A DNA stretch of 64,000 bases, taken from NCBI GenBank assembly GCA_964542785.1, contig CAZIUK010000001.1, positions 442,862 through 506,861 on the forward strand, written 5' to 3'. Within the stretch, counting starts at the first letter, position 1, and every line of letters begins with the position of its first letter. The notes below the pieces were generated by a model. It had not been told where the DNA came from and searched no databases. It saw nothing but the letters and a program-made list of their open reading frames with translations. The position numbers and the translations under genes are program-made. This document shows positions 1 through 9,090 of this stretch, in pieces. The DNA comes from an uncultured Planctomycetales bacterium (GTDB taxonomy: Bacteria > Omnitrophota > Gorgyraeia > Gygaellales > Profunditerraquicolaceae).

Positions 1-1
1 G

Positions 2-301
2 CAACCTTTAACAAGAAGTGAAATAGAATTACTTAGAAACGTTAGTGTTGATGGGGTGATGAAGAATTTATTGGATAAAAATTTAATTAGGATATGCGGG
101 AGAAAAAAAGCTCCGGGTAATCCTTATGTTTATGGTACTACTAGACAGTTTTTAGAGCATTTTGGCCTTAACTCCTTACAAGATCTACCTAACATGGAGA
201 GTTTTTCTTCTTTGGCAAAGGAGTCGCAATTATTAGAGGAGTTTCCTGAGGCAGAAAAGCAAGCGGAGGAAAAAGATGAGCCTGAAGAGATTGCGCAATA
301 A
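2..301 (+). CDS. scpB: Segregation/condensation protein B (ScpB), C-terminal part; 5' end lies outside the window
   Basis: The reading frame is open from base 2 with no upstream stop. The translated C-terminus (…TRSEIELLRNVSVDGVMKNLLDKNLIRICGRKKAPGNPYVYGTTRQFLEHFGL…, acidic tail) matches the ScpB winged-helix C-terminal region. Confidence 0.7.
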   Translation, partial: QPLTRSEIELLRNVSVDGVMKNLLDKNLIRICGRKKAPGNPYVYGTTRQFLEHFGLNSLQDLPNMESFSSLAKESQLLEEFPEAEKQAEEKDEPEEIAQ

Positions 302-1337
302 GATAGACCAAATAGATAAAAAGATAGTCCAGTTGCTTAATCTAAGGAGTGAGGTTATACTCCATATTGCAGATTTTAAGCGTAGGCGAGGAAACGAGAT
401 TTATGCTCCGCAGAGAGAGCAGGAGATTTTTAAAAAGATTGAGCAACTTTCTTCAGGAGTTATAAGTAAGGATGCGCTTAAGGCTATTTACCGGGAGATA
501 ATGTCAAGCAGTCTTAAATTAGAAAAAGGGTTAAGGATTGCCTATTTAGGCCCGGTTGCCTCTTTTAGCAATATAGCCGCTTTAAAGAAATTTGGCTCTC
601 AAGTTAAGTATCTTTCTTGTACTAGTATAGCAGATGTGTTCCTTAAGGTAGAAAGGGGAGAGTCTGATTATGGGGTAGTCCCTATAGAAAACTCAATAGA
701 AGGCGCTATTAACCACACCTTAGACCTCTTTGTTGATTTTGATTTAAAGATATGCTCGCAGGTTATTTTGGTTGTAGAGCATAATCTTTTAAGTAATAGC
801 CCAAAGGAAAAGATTAAGAGGGTTTATTCCAACCCGCAGGTGTTCGGGCAGTGCCGTTTTTGGCTTAATGACCACTTGTCTTATGCTGAGCAGATTGAGG
901 TCTCAAGTACTACCCGTGCAGCCCAGATAGCCTCTAAAGAGAAGAATAGCGCTTGCATCGCCTCTCTCTTAGCGGCAGAGGCTTATAAGTTAAAGGTGGT
1001 TGCCCGGGGGATAGAAGACTCTTTGCATAACATTACGCGTTTCTTTGTTATCGGCAAGAGCGACACTAAGGCAACTGGACAGGATAAGACTTCGGTCCTT
1101 TTTTCAATAAAAGATAAGGTAGGCGCGTTACATGAAATGCTTTTGCCTTTTAAGAAGAATAATATTAATTTAACTAAGATAGAATCACGCCCTTCAAAGA
1201 AGAAGCTTTGGGATTATTATTTTTTTATTGACCTACAAGGCCATAGAGATAGCCCTAAAGTTAAAAAAGCGCTTTTAGAGTTGGATAATAAGTGCAAGTT
1301 TTTAAAGATACTCGGTTCTTATCCTGCAGGAGAATAA
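276..1337 (+). CDS. pheA: Bifunctional chorismate mutase / prephenate dehydratase (P-protein) with a C-terminal ACT domain
   Basis: N-terminal CM_2-like helix (RLRNKIDQIDKKIVQLLNLRSEVILHIADFKRRRG) is followed by a prephenate-dehydratase core and a regulatory ACT domain (…VLFSIKDKVGALHEML…ESRPSKK). It overlaps the scpB stop. Confidence 0.85.
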   Translation: MSLKRLRNKIDQIDKKIVQLLNLRSEVILHIADFKRRRGNEIYAPQREQEIFKKIEQLSSGVISKDALKAIYREIMSSSLKLEKGLRIAYLGPVASFSNIAALKKFGSQVKYLSCTSIADVFLKVERGESDYGVVPIENSIEGAINHTLDLFVDFDLKICSQVILVVEHNLLSNSPKEKIKRVYSNPQVFGQCRFWLNDHLSYAEQIEVSSTTRAAQIASKEKNSACIASLLAAEAYKLKVVARGIEDSLHNITRFFVIGKSDTKATGQDKTSVLFSIKDKVGALHEMLLPFKKNNINLTKIESRPSKKKLWDYYFFIDLQGHRDSPKVKKALLELDNKCKFLKILGSYPAGE

Positions 1338-1341
1338 TTTG

Positions 1342-2439
1342 ATGAGTCTGGCAAGAAAGCATATCTTAAAGATAAATCCTTATGAGGCAGGTAAGCCTAT
1401 TGAAGAGATTAAACGCCAGTATAGGCTTAAAGAGGTTATTAAATTAGCTTCAAATGAAAACCCTTTAGGTCCTTCACCTAAGGCGCTTAAGGCGTTACAA
1501 AAGAGGCTATCTTCTATTAATCGCTATCCTGATCCAAGCGGATATTCCTTAAAGAAGAAGATTGCTAAATCTTTAAAGCTTGAGCCAAATAACATTGTTT
1601 TAGGTAATGGTTCGGATGAATTGATAGAGTTAATCATAAAGGCTTTTGTTGATGAAGGAGAGAGCGTATTAACCTCCGATGCTACTTTTTTGGAGTATAA
1701 GATTATTTCTTTGATAAACGCAAGGGATGTGGTAACCGTTCCTTTAAAATATTTTAAGATTGATTTGGATGCGATAAAAGCAAAGATTAATGAAAAGACA
1801 AAGGTAATTTTTATTGCTAATCCGAATAACCCAACCGGGACATATATAACTAGATATGAATTAGAGGAATTTTTTAAAGGCCTTCCAGATAGGGTGTTGG
1901 TGGTGTTAGACGAAGCCTACGATGCTTTTATTGACGTGGATGATTTTCCACAAAGCCTTAACTATATAAAAAGAAACAATCTTTTAATCCTTAAGACATT
2001 TTCTAAGTCTTATGGTCTAGCCGGTTTAAGGGTTGGGTATTGTTTGGGCAACTCAGAGCTTATTTCTTGTTTAGAAAGAGTAAGGCAGCCATTTAATGTT
2101 AATGTTTTAGCGCAGGAAGCGGCGATAGCCGCTTTAGATGATAAAAAGTTTTTAGCTAACCTACGTTCTTTAGTATTAACCGGAAAGGATTATTTGTATA
2201 ATAGTATATCACAAATGGGCCTTGCCTATGTTGTCTCTGTGGCTAATTTTATACTTATAGATGTAGGTAGGGATGGTTTTGCGTTATTTAAGGAGATGCT
2301 TAAGTATGGGGTTATTGTAAGAGATATGCGCCAATATGGATTAAAGAATTTTATCCGAGTAACCGTAGGAACAAGAAAAGAGAATATAAGATTTATAAAG
2401 GTTTTACGTAAAGTCCTAAAAGAGAAGGAGAAGAGATGA
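1342..2439 (+). CDS. hisC: Histidinol-phosphate / aromatic aminotransferase (class II PLP aminotransferase)
   Basis: HisC-like motifs are present (LASNENPLGPSP, FIANPNNPTG, KTFSKSYGLAGLRVGY with the PLP lysine). The ATG is at 1342; an in-frame TTG at 1339 is an alternative start. Its position in an aromatic operon suggests a role in Phe/Tyr transamination. Confidence 0.85.
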   Translation: MSLARKHILKINPYEAGKPIEEIKRQYRLKEVIKLASNENPLGPSPKALKALQKRLSSINRYPDPSGYSLKKKIAKSLKLEPNNIVLGNGSDELIELIIKAFVDEGESVLTSDATFLEYKIISLINARDVVTVPLKYFKIDLDAIKAKINEKTKVIFIANPNNPTGTYITRYELEEFFKGLPDRVLVVLDEAYDAFIDVDDFPQSLNYIKRNNLLILKTFSKSYGLAGLRVGYCLGNSELISCLERVRQPFNVNVLAQEAAIAALDDKKFLANLRSLVLTGKDYLYNSISQMGLAYVVSVANFILIDVGRDGFALFKEMLKYGVIVRDMRQYGLKNFIRVTVGTRKENIRFIKVLRKVLKEKEKR

Positions 2440-3452
2440 TTATAGTTTTAAGACCTGATGCTACTGAAGAACAGGTAAACCATATAGTTGAAAAAGTAAA
2501 AAAGCTTAAACTCACCCCGCACGTGTCTAAGGGGACAGAGCGGACAATTATCGGGGTTATTGGCCCTGAAGATGTCTTGCGGGTTACCCCTTTAGAAGTT
2601 TACCCAGGGGTTGAGAAGGTTATTCCGGTATTAGCCCCATATAGGCTTGTTTCGCGGGAGTTTAAAAAAGAAGATTCAATTATTGATTTAGGCAAGGGAG
2701 TTTCTATAGGGACAAAGAGGATTGTGGTTATGGCAGGGCCTTGTGCTATAGAAGATGAAGAATCTTTACGTAATATAGCCCTTTCAATTAAAAAAGCCGG
2801 AGCCCTTGTTTTACGTGGGGGAGCATTTAAGCCGCGAACATCTCCTTATAGTTTTCAAGGGTTAGGCGAGGCGGGGCTAAAAATTCTTAAAAATGTTGGA
2901 GATGATTTAGGTTTAGTTACGGTTAGCGAGGTAATGGATACAAGGGATGTAGGGCTTGTCAGCCGATATGTAGATGTTCTACAAATAGGCGCACGTAATA
3001 TGCAGAACTTTAACCTTTTAAAAGAGGTTGGTATGACAAAAAAACCCGTAGTTTTGAAACGTGGCCTATCTTCAACGATAAAAGAGCTTTTGATGTCCGC
3101 AGAATATATACTCTCAGGAGGAAATTTTAATGTTATTCTTTGTGAGCGGGGAATTAGGACATTTGAAGATTCTACCCGTAATACATTAGACATAAGCGCT
3201 ATTCCTGTGATAAAACAGCTTTCTCACTTGCCGGTTATAGTTGACCCTTCTCATGCCGCAGGAAAATGGGGCTTAGTCTCTCCACTGGCTAAGGCAGGTG
3301 TAGCTATAGATGCAGATGGGTTGATTATAGAAGTACACACATCCCCTGAGGATGCTTTATCAGATGGGATACAGTCGTTATTGCCCTTAAACTTTTCAGA
3401 GCTTATCCAGAATCTAAAGGTTATAGCTAAAGCTATCGGGAGGCAGATTTAA
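2436..3452 (+). CDS. aroF: 3-deoxy-7-phosphoheptulonate (DAHP) synthase, type I-beta, with an N-terminal ferredoxin-like regulatory domain
   Basis: A KDO8PS/DAHPS-Ibeta core (AGPCAIEDEE…KPRTSPYSFQGLGEAGLKIL…DPSHAAG) is preceded by a ~90-aa extra domain. It is embedded between hisC and tyrA. Confidence 0.85.
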   Translation: MIIVLRPDATEEQVNHIVEKVKKLKLTPHVSKGTERTIIGVIGPEDVLRVTPLEVYPGVEKVIPVLAPYRLVSREFKKEDSIIDLGKGVSIGTKRIVVMAGPCAIEDEESLRNIALSIKKAGALVLRGGAFKPRTSPYSFQGLGEAGLKILKNVGDDLGLVTVSEVMDTRDVGLVSRYVDVLQIGARNMQNFNLLKEVGMTKKPVVLKRGLSSTIKELLMSAEYILSGGNFNVILCERGIRTFEDSTRNTLDISAIPVIKQLSHLPVIVDPSHAAGKWGLVSPLAKAGVAIDADGLIIEVHTSPEDALSDGIQSLLPLNFSELIQNLKVIAKAIGRQI

Positions 3453-4282
3453 TGCATTTGTTTAAAAAAGTAGCAATTGTAGGAGTAGGTTTTATAGGAG
3501 GGTCTATTGGTTTAGCGATAAAGAAAAATAAGGTTTGTACTGAGGTTGTCGGGGTAAGCCGCCATAAAGAAACGCTCTCTTTAGCTTTTAAGATGAAAGC
3601 GATAGATAGAGGCTCTTTGTTTTTAAAGATTATTAAGGGAAGCGACTTAGTAATCATAGCAACCCCTGTAAGTAAGATAATAAGCCTAAGGGATGAAATT
3701 TTAAAATATATAGATAAAGATACCTTAGTAACTGATGTGGGTAGCACCAAAGAGGCTATAGACTTTTCTTTGGGTAAAGTTTTCTTAAACTATATCGGTT
3801 CGCATCCTTTAGCCGGTTCTGAAAAAAGAGGGGTAGCTAATGCATCTGCCGATATCTTTAGAGATTCTTTATGTATCTTAAGCTTAGAGAAAAAGTCTTC
3901 TTCTTCGGCTTTTGAAAAAATTAAAAAGATGTGGGAGATTCTAGGGGCTAAAACCATTTTTTTAAGCCCAAAAGAACATGACAAAAAATTATCCTTTGTC
4001 TCCCACTTACCTCATTTTATCTCTTATGCGCTTATTGGTGCAATCCCTAAAGAAGCACTTATCTTTGCGGCAGGAGGCTTAAAGGATTCAACGCGCATAT
4101 CTGGTTCTGATCCGCTACTATGGAGTGATATATTTTTAACTAATAAGAAAAACCTCTTATCCGCAATAGAAGCATTTGAAAGAAAGGTTAAAAAAATTAA
4201 GTCTGCAATAAAATCCGGTAATAAAAACTCCCTGATAAAAATCCTTTCGCAATCTAAAAAGAGAAGAGAGCTGCTAAAATGA
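3452..4282 (+). CDS. tyrA: Prephenate/arogenate dehydrogenase
   Basis: Rossmann motif VAIVGVGFIGGSIGLA at the N-terminus and TyrA-like C-terminal helices; sits in the aromatic operon. Confidence 0.8.
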   Translation: MHLFKKVAIVGVGFIGGSIGLAIKKNKVCTEVVGVSRHKETLSLAFKMKAIDRGSLFLKIIKGSDLVIIATPVSKIISLRDEILKYIDKDTLVTDVGSTKEAIDFSLGKVFLNYIGSHPLAGSEKRGVANASADIFRDSLCILSLEKKSSSSAFEKIKKMWEILGAKTIFLSPKEHDKKLSFVSHLPHFISYALIGAIPKEALIFAAGGLKDSTRISGSDPLLWSDIFLTNKKNLLSAIEAFERKVKKIKSAIKSGNKNSLIKILSQSKKRRELLK

Positions 4283-4935
4283 TAATTGCTATTGATGGAC
4301 CGGCAGGGGCAGGCAAAAGCACTGTGGCTAAAATAGTAGCCAAGAGGTTAAATTATCTTTATCTTGATACAGGAGCGATGTATAGGGCGCTTACGCTTAA
4401 GGTTTTAAGAAAGGGGATAAGCGCAGATGATATACAGGCAGTAGTTAATTTAGCCTCTTCTAGTGTTATAGATTTAATCAATAATTCCGACGGCTCTTTG
4501 GCTGTAATTTTAGATGCAGAAGATGTAAGCTTAGCTATACGTAAGCCTGAGATTACGAAGTTAGTCTCAGATATCGCTAAGATTAAAGAGGTGCGCCAAG
4601 TTATGTTATATCTTCAAAGGGAATTAGGAAAAAGAGGGGATGTGGTCTTGGATGGACGTGATATCGGGACAGTGGTTTTTCCCGAAGCAGAGAAGAAGTT
4701 TTATCTTGATGCTGACTTAAATGAGCGCTCTATCCGCCGTTATAAAGAGTTAAATGAACTAGGAGAAAATATAAAATTAGAGGCAGTCTGCCAAGATTTA
4801 TCTAATAGAGATAAGATTGACGCTGGAAGGGAATGCGCTCCTTTAAAACAGGCAGAAGACGCCGTATATATAGATACTACTAAACTTACTATTGAAGAGG
4901 TAACAAAAAAAATATTATTTTATATAAATGGATAA
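4279..4935 (+). CDS. cmk: Cytidylate kinase
   Basis: MIIAIDGPAGAGKSTVAK P-loop and the Cmk-typical LDTGAMYRA motif. Confidence 0.9.
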   Translation: MIIAIDGPAGAGKSTVAKIVAKRLNYLYLDTGAMYRALTLKVLRKGISADDIQAVVNLASSSVIDLINNSDGSLAVILDAEDVSLAIRKPEITKLVSDIAKIKEVRQVMLYLQRELGKRGDVVLDGRDIGTVVFPEAEKKFYLDADLNERSIRRYKELNELGENIKLEAVCQDLSNRDKIDAGRECAPLKQAEDAVYIDTTKLTIEEVTKKILFYING

Positions 4936-6724
4936 ATCTTTGATTCGTAATTTTTCAATCATCGCCCATATTGACCACGGAAAATCTACCCTTGCCGATC
5001 GTATATTAGAGTTAACCGGAGCAGTAGATAAGCGTCATAAAGAAAGCCAGCTTTTGGATGATATGGATTTAGAGCGTGAGCGGGGCATTACAATTAAGGC
5101 CTCCATGGTTAGGCTTCCTTATAAAGCAAAAGATGACAAAAATTATATATTAAACCTAATAGATACCCCGGGGCATGTTGATTTTACCTATGAGGTCTCT
5201 AAGTCCCTTGCTGCCTGCGAAGGGGCTATTTTACTGGTGGATGCCGCACAGGGTATAGAAGCGCAAACAGTAGCAAACTATTACCTTGCCTTGGAAAACA
5301 ACTTAGAGATTATCCCCGTAATAAATAAGATTGATTTGGCCTCTATTGACCTTCATAGGGTTAAAAATGAGGTCGTTAGTATTCTTGGTTTTAAGGAGGA
5401 AGAGATTATCTTAGTCTCTGCAAAAGAGGGGACCGGGGTTGAGGATTTATTAGAGAAAGTTATTGAGGTTATTCCTGCTCCTTTAGGAGAGATGACTAAT
5501 CCTTTAAAAGCTCTTGTTTTTGATTGTCGTTTTGATACCTATAAAGGGGTTGTTGTTTTTATTAGGGTAGTTGATGGCAAGATTTCTTTGAATACTCAAC
5601 TTAAGATGATGCATTCAGGGGCAGTTTATAAAATTGAGGAGTTAGGGGTATTTCAAAACTTAAAATATGATGCGGTTGATTCTTTATCTTGCGGAGAGGT
5701 AGGTTATTTTACCGCTAATATCAGAGAGCCAAGAGAGATAATTGTAGGAGATACTATAACCGATATAAAGAATCCTTGTAGTGAGGTATTGCCGGGTTAC
5801 CGTCAGCCTAAGCCCTTAGTCTTCTGCGGGATATATCCGATTAATCCCGGAGATTTTCCTCAATTAAGAGATGCTATGGATAAGTTGAGACTCTCTGATG
5901 CTTCTTTTGTCTTTGAACCGGAAAACTCCCAGTCTTTTGGTTCGGGGTTCCGCTGTGGTTTTTTAGGGCTTTTACACATGGAGATTGTACAAGAGAGGCT
6001 TAAGAGGGAGTATGATTTAAACTTAATACTTACTGTGCCAAATGTTGTTTATAAAATCATAAGAAAAAATGGTGAAGCTTTAGAGGTGGATACCCCGGCT
6101 AAGCTTCCTGAGGCCTCTGAAATAGAGAGTGCCCTAGAGCCTTACGTTAATCTTTTAATGATTATTCCAGTTGGTTCAATTGAGGCTATCTGCGATTTTA
6201 CTAAATCACGCAGGGGTGTATTTAAATCAAATGAATACCTTTCAGAAGATAGGGTTAAACTTACCTTTGATATCCCACTTTCTGAGATTATCGTTGATTT
6301 TTATGACCGAATAAAATCCTTAACCCGCGGTTACGGATCTTTGGATTATGAGTTTAAAGATTACCTAACGATAAATTTAGTAAAAATGGATATACTTTTA
6401 AACGGCCAGCAGTGCGATGCCTTTTCTTCTCTTATCTGTAGGGAAAAGGCATACCAGAGAGGTCATGTTTTAGTAAATAAATTAAGAGAGTTAATCCCCA
6501 GACAGTTATTTGAAGTATCCATACAGGCAGCTATGGGTAGTCAGATTTTAGCATCAGCTAAAGTACGCTCTGTGGGTAAACATGTTACAGCTAAGTGTTA
6601 CGGTGGGGATATTACGCGTAAAAGAAAACTTTGGGAAGAGCAGAAGAAAGGGAAAAAACGCCTTAAACAGTTTGGCAAGGTTGAGATTCCTCAAGAGGCA
6701 TTTCTGGAGGTGCTAAAGATATGA
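4928..6724 (+). CDS. lepA: Elongation factor 4 (LepA)
   Basis: N-terminus IRNFSIIAHIDHGKSTLADR, a GTPase domain, and the LepA-specific C-terminal domain (…GGDITRKRKLWEEQKKGKKRLKQ). Confidence 0.95.
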   Translation: MDKSLIRNFSIIAHIDHGKSTLADRILELTGAVDKRHKESQLLDDMDLERERGITIKASMVRLPYKAKDDKNYILNLIDTPGHVDFTYEVSKSLAACEGAILLVDAAQGIEAQTVANYYLALENNLEIIPVINKIDLASIDLHRVKNEVVSILGFKEEEIILVSAKEGTGVEDLLEKVIEVIPAPLGEMTNPLKALVFDCRFDTYKGVVVFIRVVDGKISLNTQLKMMHSGAVYKIEELGVFQNLKYDAVDSLSCGEVGYFTANIREPREIIVGDTITDIKNPCSEVLPGYRQPKPLVFCGIYPINPGDFPQLRDAMDKLRLSDASFVFEPENSQSFGSGFRCGFLGLLHMEIVQERLKREYDLNLILTVPNVVYKIIRKNGEALEVDTPAKLPEASEIESALEPYVNLLMIIPVGSIEAICDFTKSRRGVFKSNEYLSEDRVKLTFDIPLSEIIVDFYDRIKSLTRGYGSLDYEFKDYLTINLVKMDILLNGQQCDAFSSLICREKAYQRGHVLVNKLRELIPRQLFEVSIQAAMGSQILASAKVRSVGKHVTAKCYGGDITRKRKLWEEQKKGKKRLKQFGKVEIPQEAFLEVLKI

Positions 6725-7311
6725 AGCAGATGAAAGGAAATAAAAAAAAGTCAACTTTACGCGAATGGATAGAATCAGGGATAGTTGCGGCATTTCTTGC
6801 TTTTTGTGTTATACGTCCATTTATCATTCAAGCTTTTAAGATTCCTACCGGTTCAATGCGTCCTACTTTAATGGAGGGCGATTTAATATTAGTTAATAAA
6901 TTTATTTATGGGGCAAAGGTTCCTTTTACTAAACATAGGCTGCCAAAGGTACGCGACCCTAAGAGAGGGGATGTCATTGTTTTTATTTATCCTGAGGATG
7001 TAAAAAAAGATTTTATTAAAAGGCTGATAGGGCTTCCGGGGGATATGCTTGAGATAAGAAACGGGAATATTTACGTAAATAATAATCTTTTATCCGGGCC
7101 CCAATTTAATAAAAGGTATTATTACAACCGTGGAGATTTTGCTAAAGAGGGAGAGGTATTGATAGTTCCGCAGGATAGTTATTTTGTTTTGGGGGATAAT
7201 TCCGCTTCTTCTAAGGATAGCCGTTATTGGGGGTTTGTACCAAAGGATAATATTTTGGGGATGGCGGTAACTATTTATTGGCCCCCGCAGAGAATAAGGG
7301 CGATAAAATAA
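6721..7311 (+). CDS. lepB: Signal peptidase I
   Basis: A TM helix followed by the SPase I catalytic motif (PTGSMRPTL with the catalytic Ser, KRLIGLPGD, VLGDNSASSKDSRYWGFV). Overlaps the lepA stop. Confidence 0.9.
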   Translation: MKQMKGNKKKSTLREWIESGIVAAFLAFCVIRPFIIQAFKIPTGSMRPTLMEGDLILVNKFIYGAKVPFTKHRLPKVRDPKRGDVIVFIYPEDVKKDFIKRLIGLPGDMLEIRNGNIYVNNNLLSGPQFNKRYYYNRGDFAKEGEVLIVPQDSYFVLGDNSASSKDSRYWGFVPKDNILGMAVTIYWPPQRIRAIK

Positions 7312-7313
7312 GA

Positions 7314-7877
7314 ATGAATATCGCAAATAAGATATCTACCTTTAGGATTTTAACTGTTCCGTTTTTCATAGCCAGCGTAGCGTATTATTCTCCGGATAGG
7401 ACTTTTTTAAGGTATCTTGCGCTGGCTATTTTTATTATCGCCGCTGTATCGGATGCTGCTGACGGCTATATCGCAAGAGGTTCTGGAGAGCAATCTAAAG
7501 CAGGGCTTATCTTAGACCCTCTTGGCGATAAACTCCTACTGATGAGCGCTTTTATATCTCTTACCATAAATACCAATTTTGAGATTAGGTTTCCGTTATG
7601 GGTAACTTTATCTGTTATTAGCCGCGATGTTATTATTTTATTAGGCTCGGTTGTTATATATATAATAAAGCAAAAAATAAGCATGATTCCTACTAAATTA
7701 GGAAAGCTTTCCACTATTTTTCAGATGCTGGCAGTAATTGTTTTATTAATGCAGTTTAAATATTCCTATTTTTTTTGGTGGTTAGCGGTTATCTTTACTA
7801 TTGCCTCAGGGATTATTTATATTAACAGGGGATTTAAGGTCTTGTATGCTCTTGACAATTCTTCTAATAATCGTTAG
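7314..7877 (+). CDS. pgsA: CDP-alcohol phosphatidyltransferase (phosphatidylglycerophosphate synthase-like)
   Basis: Contains the CDP-OH phosphatidyltransferase motif DAADGYIAR…G…LDPLGDKLL and is multi-TM. The start was moved to the ATG at 7314, immediately after the lepB stop. Confidence 0.8.
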   Translation: MNIANKISTFRILTVPFFIASVAYYSPDRTFLRYLALAIFIIAAVSDAADGYIARGSGEQSKAGLILDPLGDKLLLMSAFISLTINTNFEIRFPLWVTLSVISRDVIILLGSVVIYIIKQKISMIPTKLGKLSTIFQMLAVIVLLMQFKYSYFFWWLAVIFTIASGIIYINRGFKVLYALDNSSNNR

Positions 7878-8478
7878 TTATATTATCGGGTCTATTCCAA
7901 CTGCCTATATATTCGTCCGCATTATAAAAGGAATTGATATTCGTAAAACAGGCTCAGGAAATGTAGGCGCTACCAATGCTTTAAGGATTTTGGGAAAAGG
8001 GTGGGGTTTTAGTGTATTATTCCTTGATATCTTAAAAGGATTCTTGCCCGTATTCTTTTTAGGAACGCTAATCTCTAGTAGAATAACTTTTATTCAGGAA
8101 CATAACTTATTGATTATCATAGGTTTTTGTGCCATTTGTGGACATAATTGGACAATCTTTTTAAATTTTAAAGGAGGCAAGGGGGTTGCTACTACCTTAG
8201 GGGTCTTATTTGCCCTTAGTTTTAAAATTCAAGGCCTAAACTTAGCGCTTGTTTCAATAATATTAATTTGGCTAATTAGTTTTTTAATTTTTAGAATAAT
8301 ATCCCTCTCATCTATCTTAGCAGCCTTAACTTTTCCTCTTTTTATTCTTATATTAAAACTACCCTTATCAATAATTATAATTGGTTTTCTTCTTTCGATT
8401 TTTATAATTCTCCGTCACAAATCTAACCTTAAACGCCTTATAAAAGGCAAAGAACCGCGCCTATCTTTTAGGGGATAA
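7846..8478 (+). CDS. plsY: Glycerol-3-phosphate acyltransferase PlsY
   Basis: PlsY motifs (GSGNVGATNALR, HNWTIFLNFKGGKGVAT). The ORF-track start at 7801 is a TTG; the internal ATG at 7846 (MLLTILLI…) is more plausible. Confidence 0.85.
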   Translation: MLLTILLIIVSYIIGSIPTAYIFVRIIKGIDIRKTGSGNVGATNALRILGKGWGFSVLFLDILKGFLPVFFLGTLISSRITFIQEHNLLIIIGFCAICGHNWTIFLNFKGGKGVATTLGVLFALSFKIQGLNLALVSIILIWLISFLIFRIISLSSILAALTFPLFILILKLPLSIIIIGFLLSIFIILRHKSNLKRLIKGKEPRLSFRG

Positions 8479-8498
8479 AGCAACCGCTTTCTTTTTTT
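8477..8498 (+). terminator. Weak intrinsic terminator after plsY
   Basis: A 5-bp stem (AAAGC/GCTTT) with a 4-nt loop, followed by CTTTTTTT. Confidence 0.35.
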
Positions 8499-9053
8499 CC
8501 TCTAAACCCCTTGAAAGGCTATCTTTAGTCACTTATACTTTAATCGGAAAGAAAAAATATTTTTTTAACTACTTCTTTTACAATTTAAAAAAGTTTTAAA
8601 ACCCCACAGCCATAGGGGATAACGCCGGGTTACCTTTTTTAAAAAAAGTTAGGATGGTAACCCGACTAATATGGGGTTCTGAAGTAGAAAGGGCTAAAAT
8701 GCGTAACCTCTTATTTAAAAACTTAACTTCCAATGATCGTAAAAGAAGGGTGGTCTCTTCTTCGGAGATCTCTGAAAGAGAAGGGGTTCGCAGCGTTATC
8801 CGGCGTCATTTCATATATATAGTTAAAGAGGTATCTAACCCGAATATAGAAAAGCCAAAGCCATATCTATATGTCTTAAAAGAGCAGGATACAAAAGAAC
8901 AGAGACAAAAGTTTTTTTGTAAGTTAAAAGGAAGCATCCTCGCAATAAACCGCGGTAAATTATTTTTGATAGTTTTTATGCATACCTTAAAGATAGACCT
9001 TATTTCAAACCCGCAGAAAGTAGCATAATTTCTTACCCAATAGTAAAATTTTC

Positions 9054-9081
9054 TTGACAAAGGTCTTTACCTATATATAAT
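9054..9081 (+). promoter_or_regulatory. Consensus sigma70 promoter for the large OMP gene
   Basis: TTGACA (9054-9059), a 16-nt spacer, then TATAAT (9076-9081), about 10 nt upstream of the ATG at 9091. Confidence 0.55.
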
Positions 9082-9090
9082 AAAACCATT

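Noticed and set aside
2855-3750. Minus-strand ORFs of 105-112 aa (2855-3193, 3433-3750), and similar ones at 7090-7326, 7466-7714, 18658-19611, 24792-25187, 28725-29291, 30630-31586, 32483-32866, 37468-38436, 48427-49089, 56430-57197
   Set aside because: All are embedded antisense in well-supported + strand genes. They are low-complexity (Ser/Leu/Ile/Pro-rich) translations typical of AT-rich shadow frames.
8654-9028. 124-aa + strand ORF in the long intergenic gap
   Set aside because: No Shine-Dalgarno at a sensible spacing; the only AGG abuts the ATG. The composition is basic and low-complexity with no recognisable domain or hydrophobic core periodicity. The region is more likely non-coding, and it is flagged as an RNA or regulatory candidate instead.
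8479-9090. RNase P RNA, tmRNA or SRP RNA in the long gap
   Set aside because: I could not find the P4 helix strands (AGGAAAGUCCGG / ACAGAAxCCGGCUUA), the tmRNA tRNA-like 3' end (GGTTCGAxTCC…CCA), or the SRP domain-IV GGAA/GNRA motifs on either strand. An unknown sRNA remains possible.
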